The notes under the pieces are model-generated. The model was not told where the DNA came from, ran no database searches, and saw only the letters and a list, made by a program, of their open reading frames with translations. Shown one piece after another: positions 38,710-38,858 of a DNA stretch of 38,858 nucleotides. The DNA comes from a virus, in the IMG/VR virus record IMGVR_UViG_3300048904_000120, one strand, 5' to 3'. Each line of letters begins with the position of its first letter. The first letter of the stretch is position 1. The position numbers and the translations under genes were made by a program.

Positions 38710-38858
38710 TCAAGCGCGGCCCGCATGGCTGATCTCGTCGATTTCATCGCGCAGGACGCGCGCACGGTTCACAAGGAGGGAGAGCCAGCCATCGGCGGCG
38801 GCTTCAGGAAACATCGATGAAAAGCGACGCCATTCCAGATCGAAATTCATCAGAAGGG
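38710..38858 (-). CDS. 3' portion of the junction-spanning 129-aa gene (same gene as 1-345)
   Basis: The frame continuing from the duplicated segment ends at TGA 38710-38712. Confidence 0.65.
   Translation of the reverse strand, partial: LLMNFDLEWRRFSSMFPEAAADGWLSLLVNRARVLRDEIDEISHAGRA
38755..38858. repeat. Right copy of the 104-bp terminal duplication
   Basis: Identical to bases 1-104. Confidence 0.95.

Overview
The window is one complete, circularly closed phage genome. The unit length is about 38,754 bp, and bases 1-104 are identical to 38755-38858. It is a high-GC temperate podovirus with a P22-type morphogenesis module. A beta-proteobacterial host (Burkholderia/Ralstonia-like) is only an inference from composition.

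Layout:
1. A very long leftward early region runs 5070->1 and continues through the junction 38754->29816. It encodes, in order: a Cro-like protein, an HNH endonuclease, an O-like initiator with in-gene iterons, an HNH-AP2 endonuclease, a DnaC-like loader and small regulators. Next come Erf, an SSB-tail mini-protein, Gp157, RusA, NinB and a YbcO-like nuclease. These are followed by a 3-gene operon of unknown function, and finally ParA / RHH / wHTH plus four iterons.
2. A rightward immunity island holds a CI-like repressor (5338-5787), a 60-aa ORF, an ORF-less strong promoter with tandem terminators (sRNA candidate) and a tRNA-like element.
3. A rightward late block spans 7039-29819. It begins with a membrane protein, a DNA methyltransferase and an HTH-metallophosphoesterase. 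The packaging and head genes follow: terS/terL, portal, scaffold, P22-type coat, and gp4- and gp10-like proteins. After a fibre-like protein comes an Asp/Asn-hydroxylase-like cupin + GNAT pair. The block ends with three ejection proteins (one with an SLT domain), two beta-helix tailspikes and the lysis genes.

No integrase, transposase, reverse transcriptase, CRISPR array or rRNA was seen.

The items I consider most worth follow-up are:
- the integrase-less genome carrying a partition cassette, which suggests a phage-plasmid;
- the sRNA / tRNA-like locus next to the repressor, a possible RNA-based second immunity layer;
- a dyad operator (TAATAC-N7-GTATTA) on five dispersed promoters;
- the two-enzyme insert in the virion module;
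- the unknown Cys-rich / DnaJ-zinc-finger operon.

CDS ends come from the supplied ORF track. Start codons were refined by hand from SD motifs and ATGA/TGATG overlaps. Small hand-indexed motifs were anchored to track coordinates wherever a nearby ORF allowed, but may still be off by 1-2 nt. All family assignments are motif recognition by eye; no searches were run.
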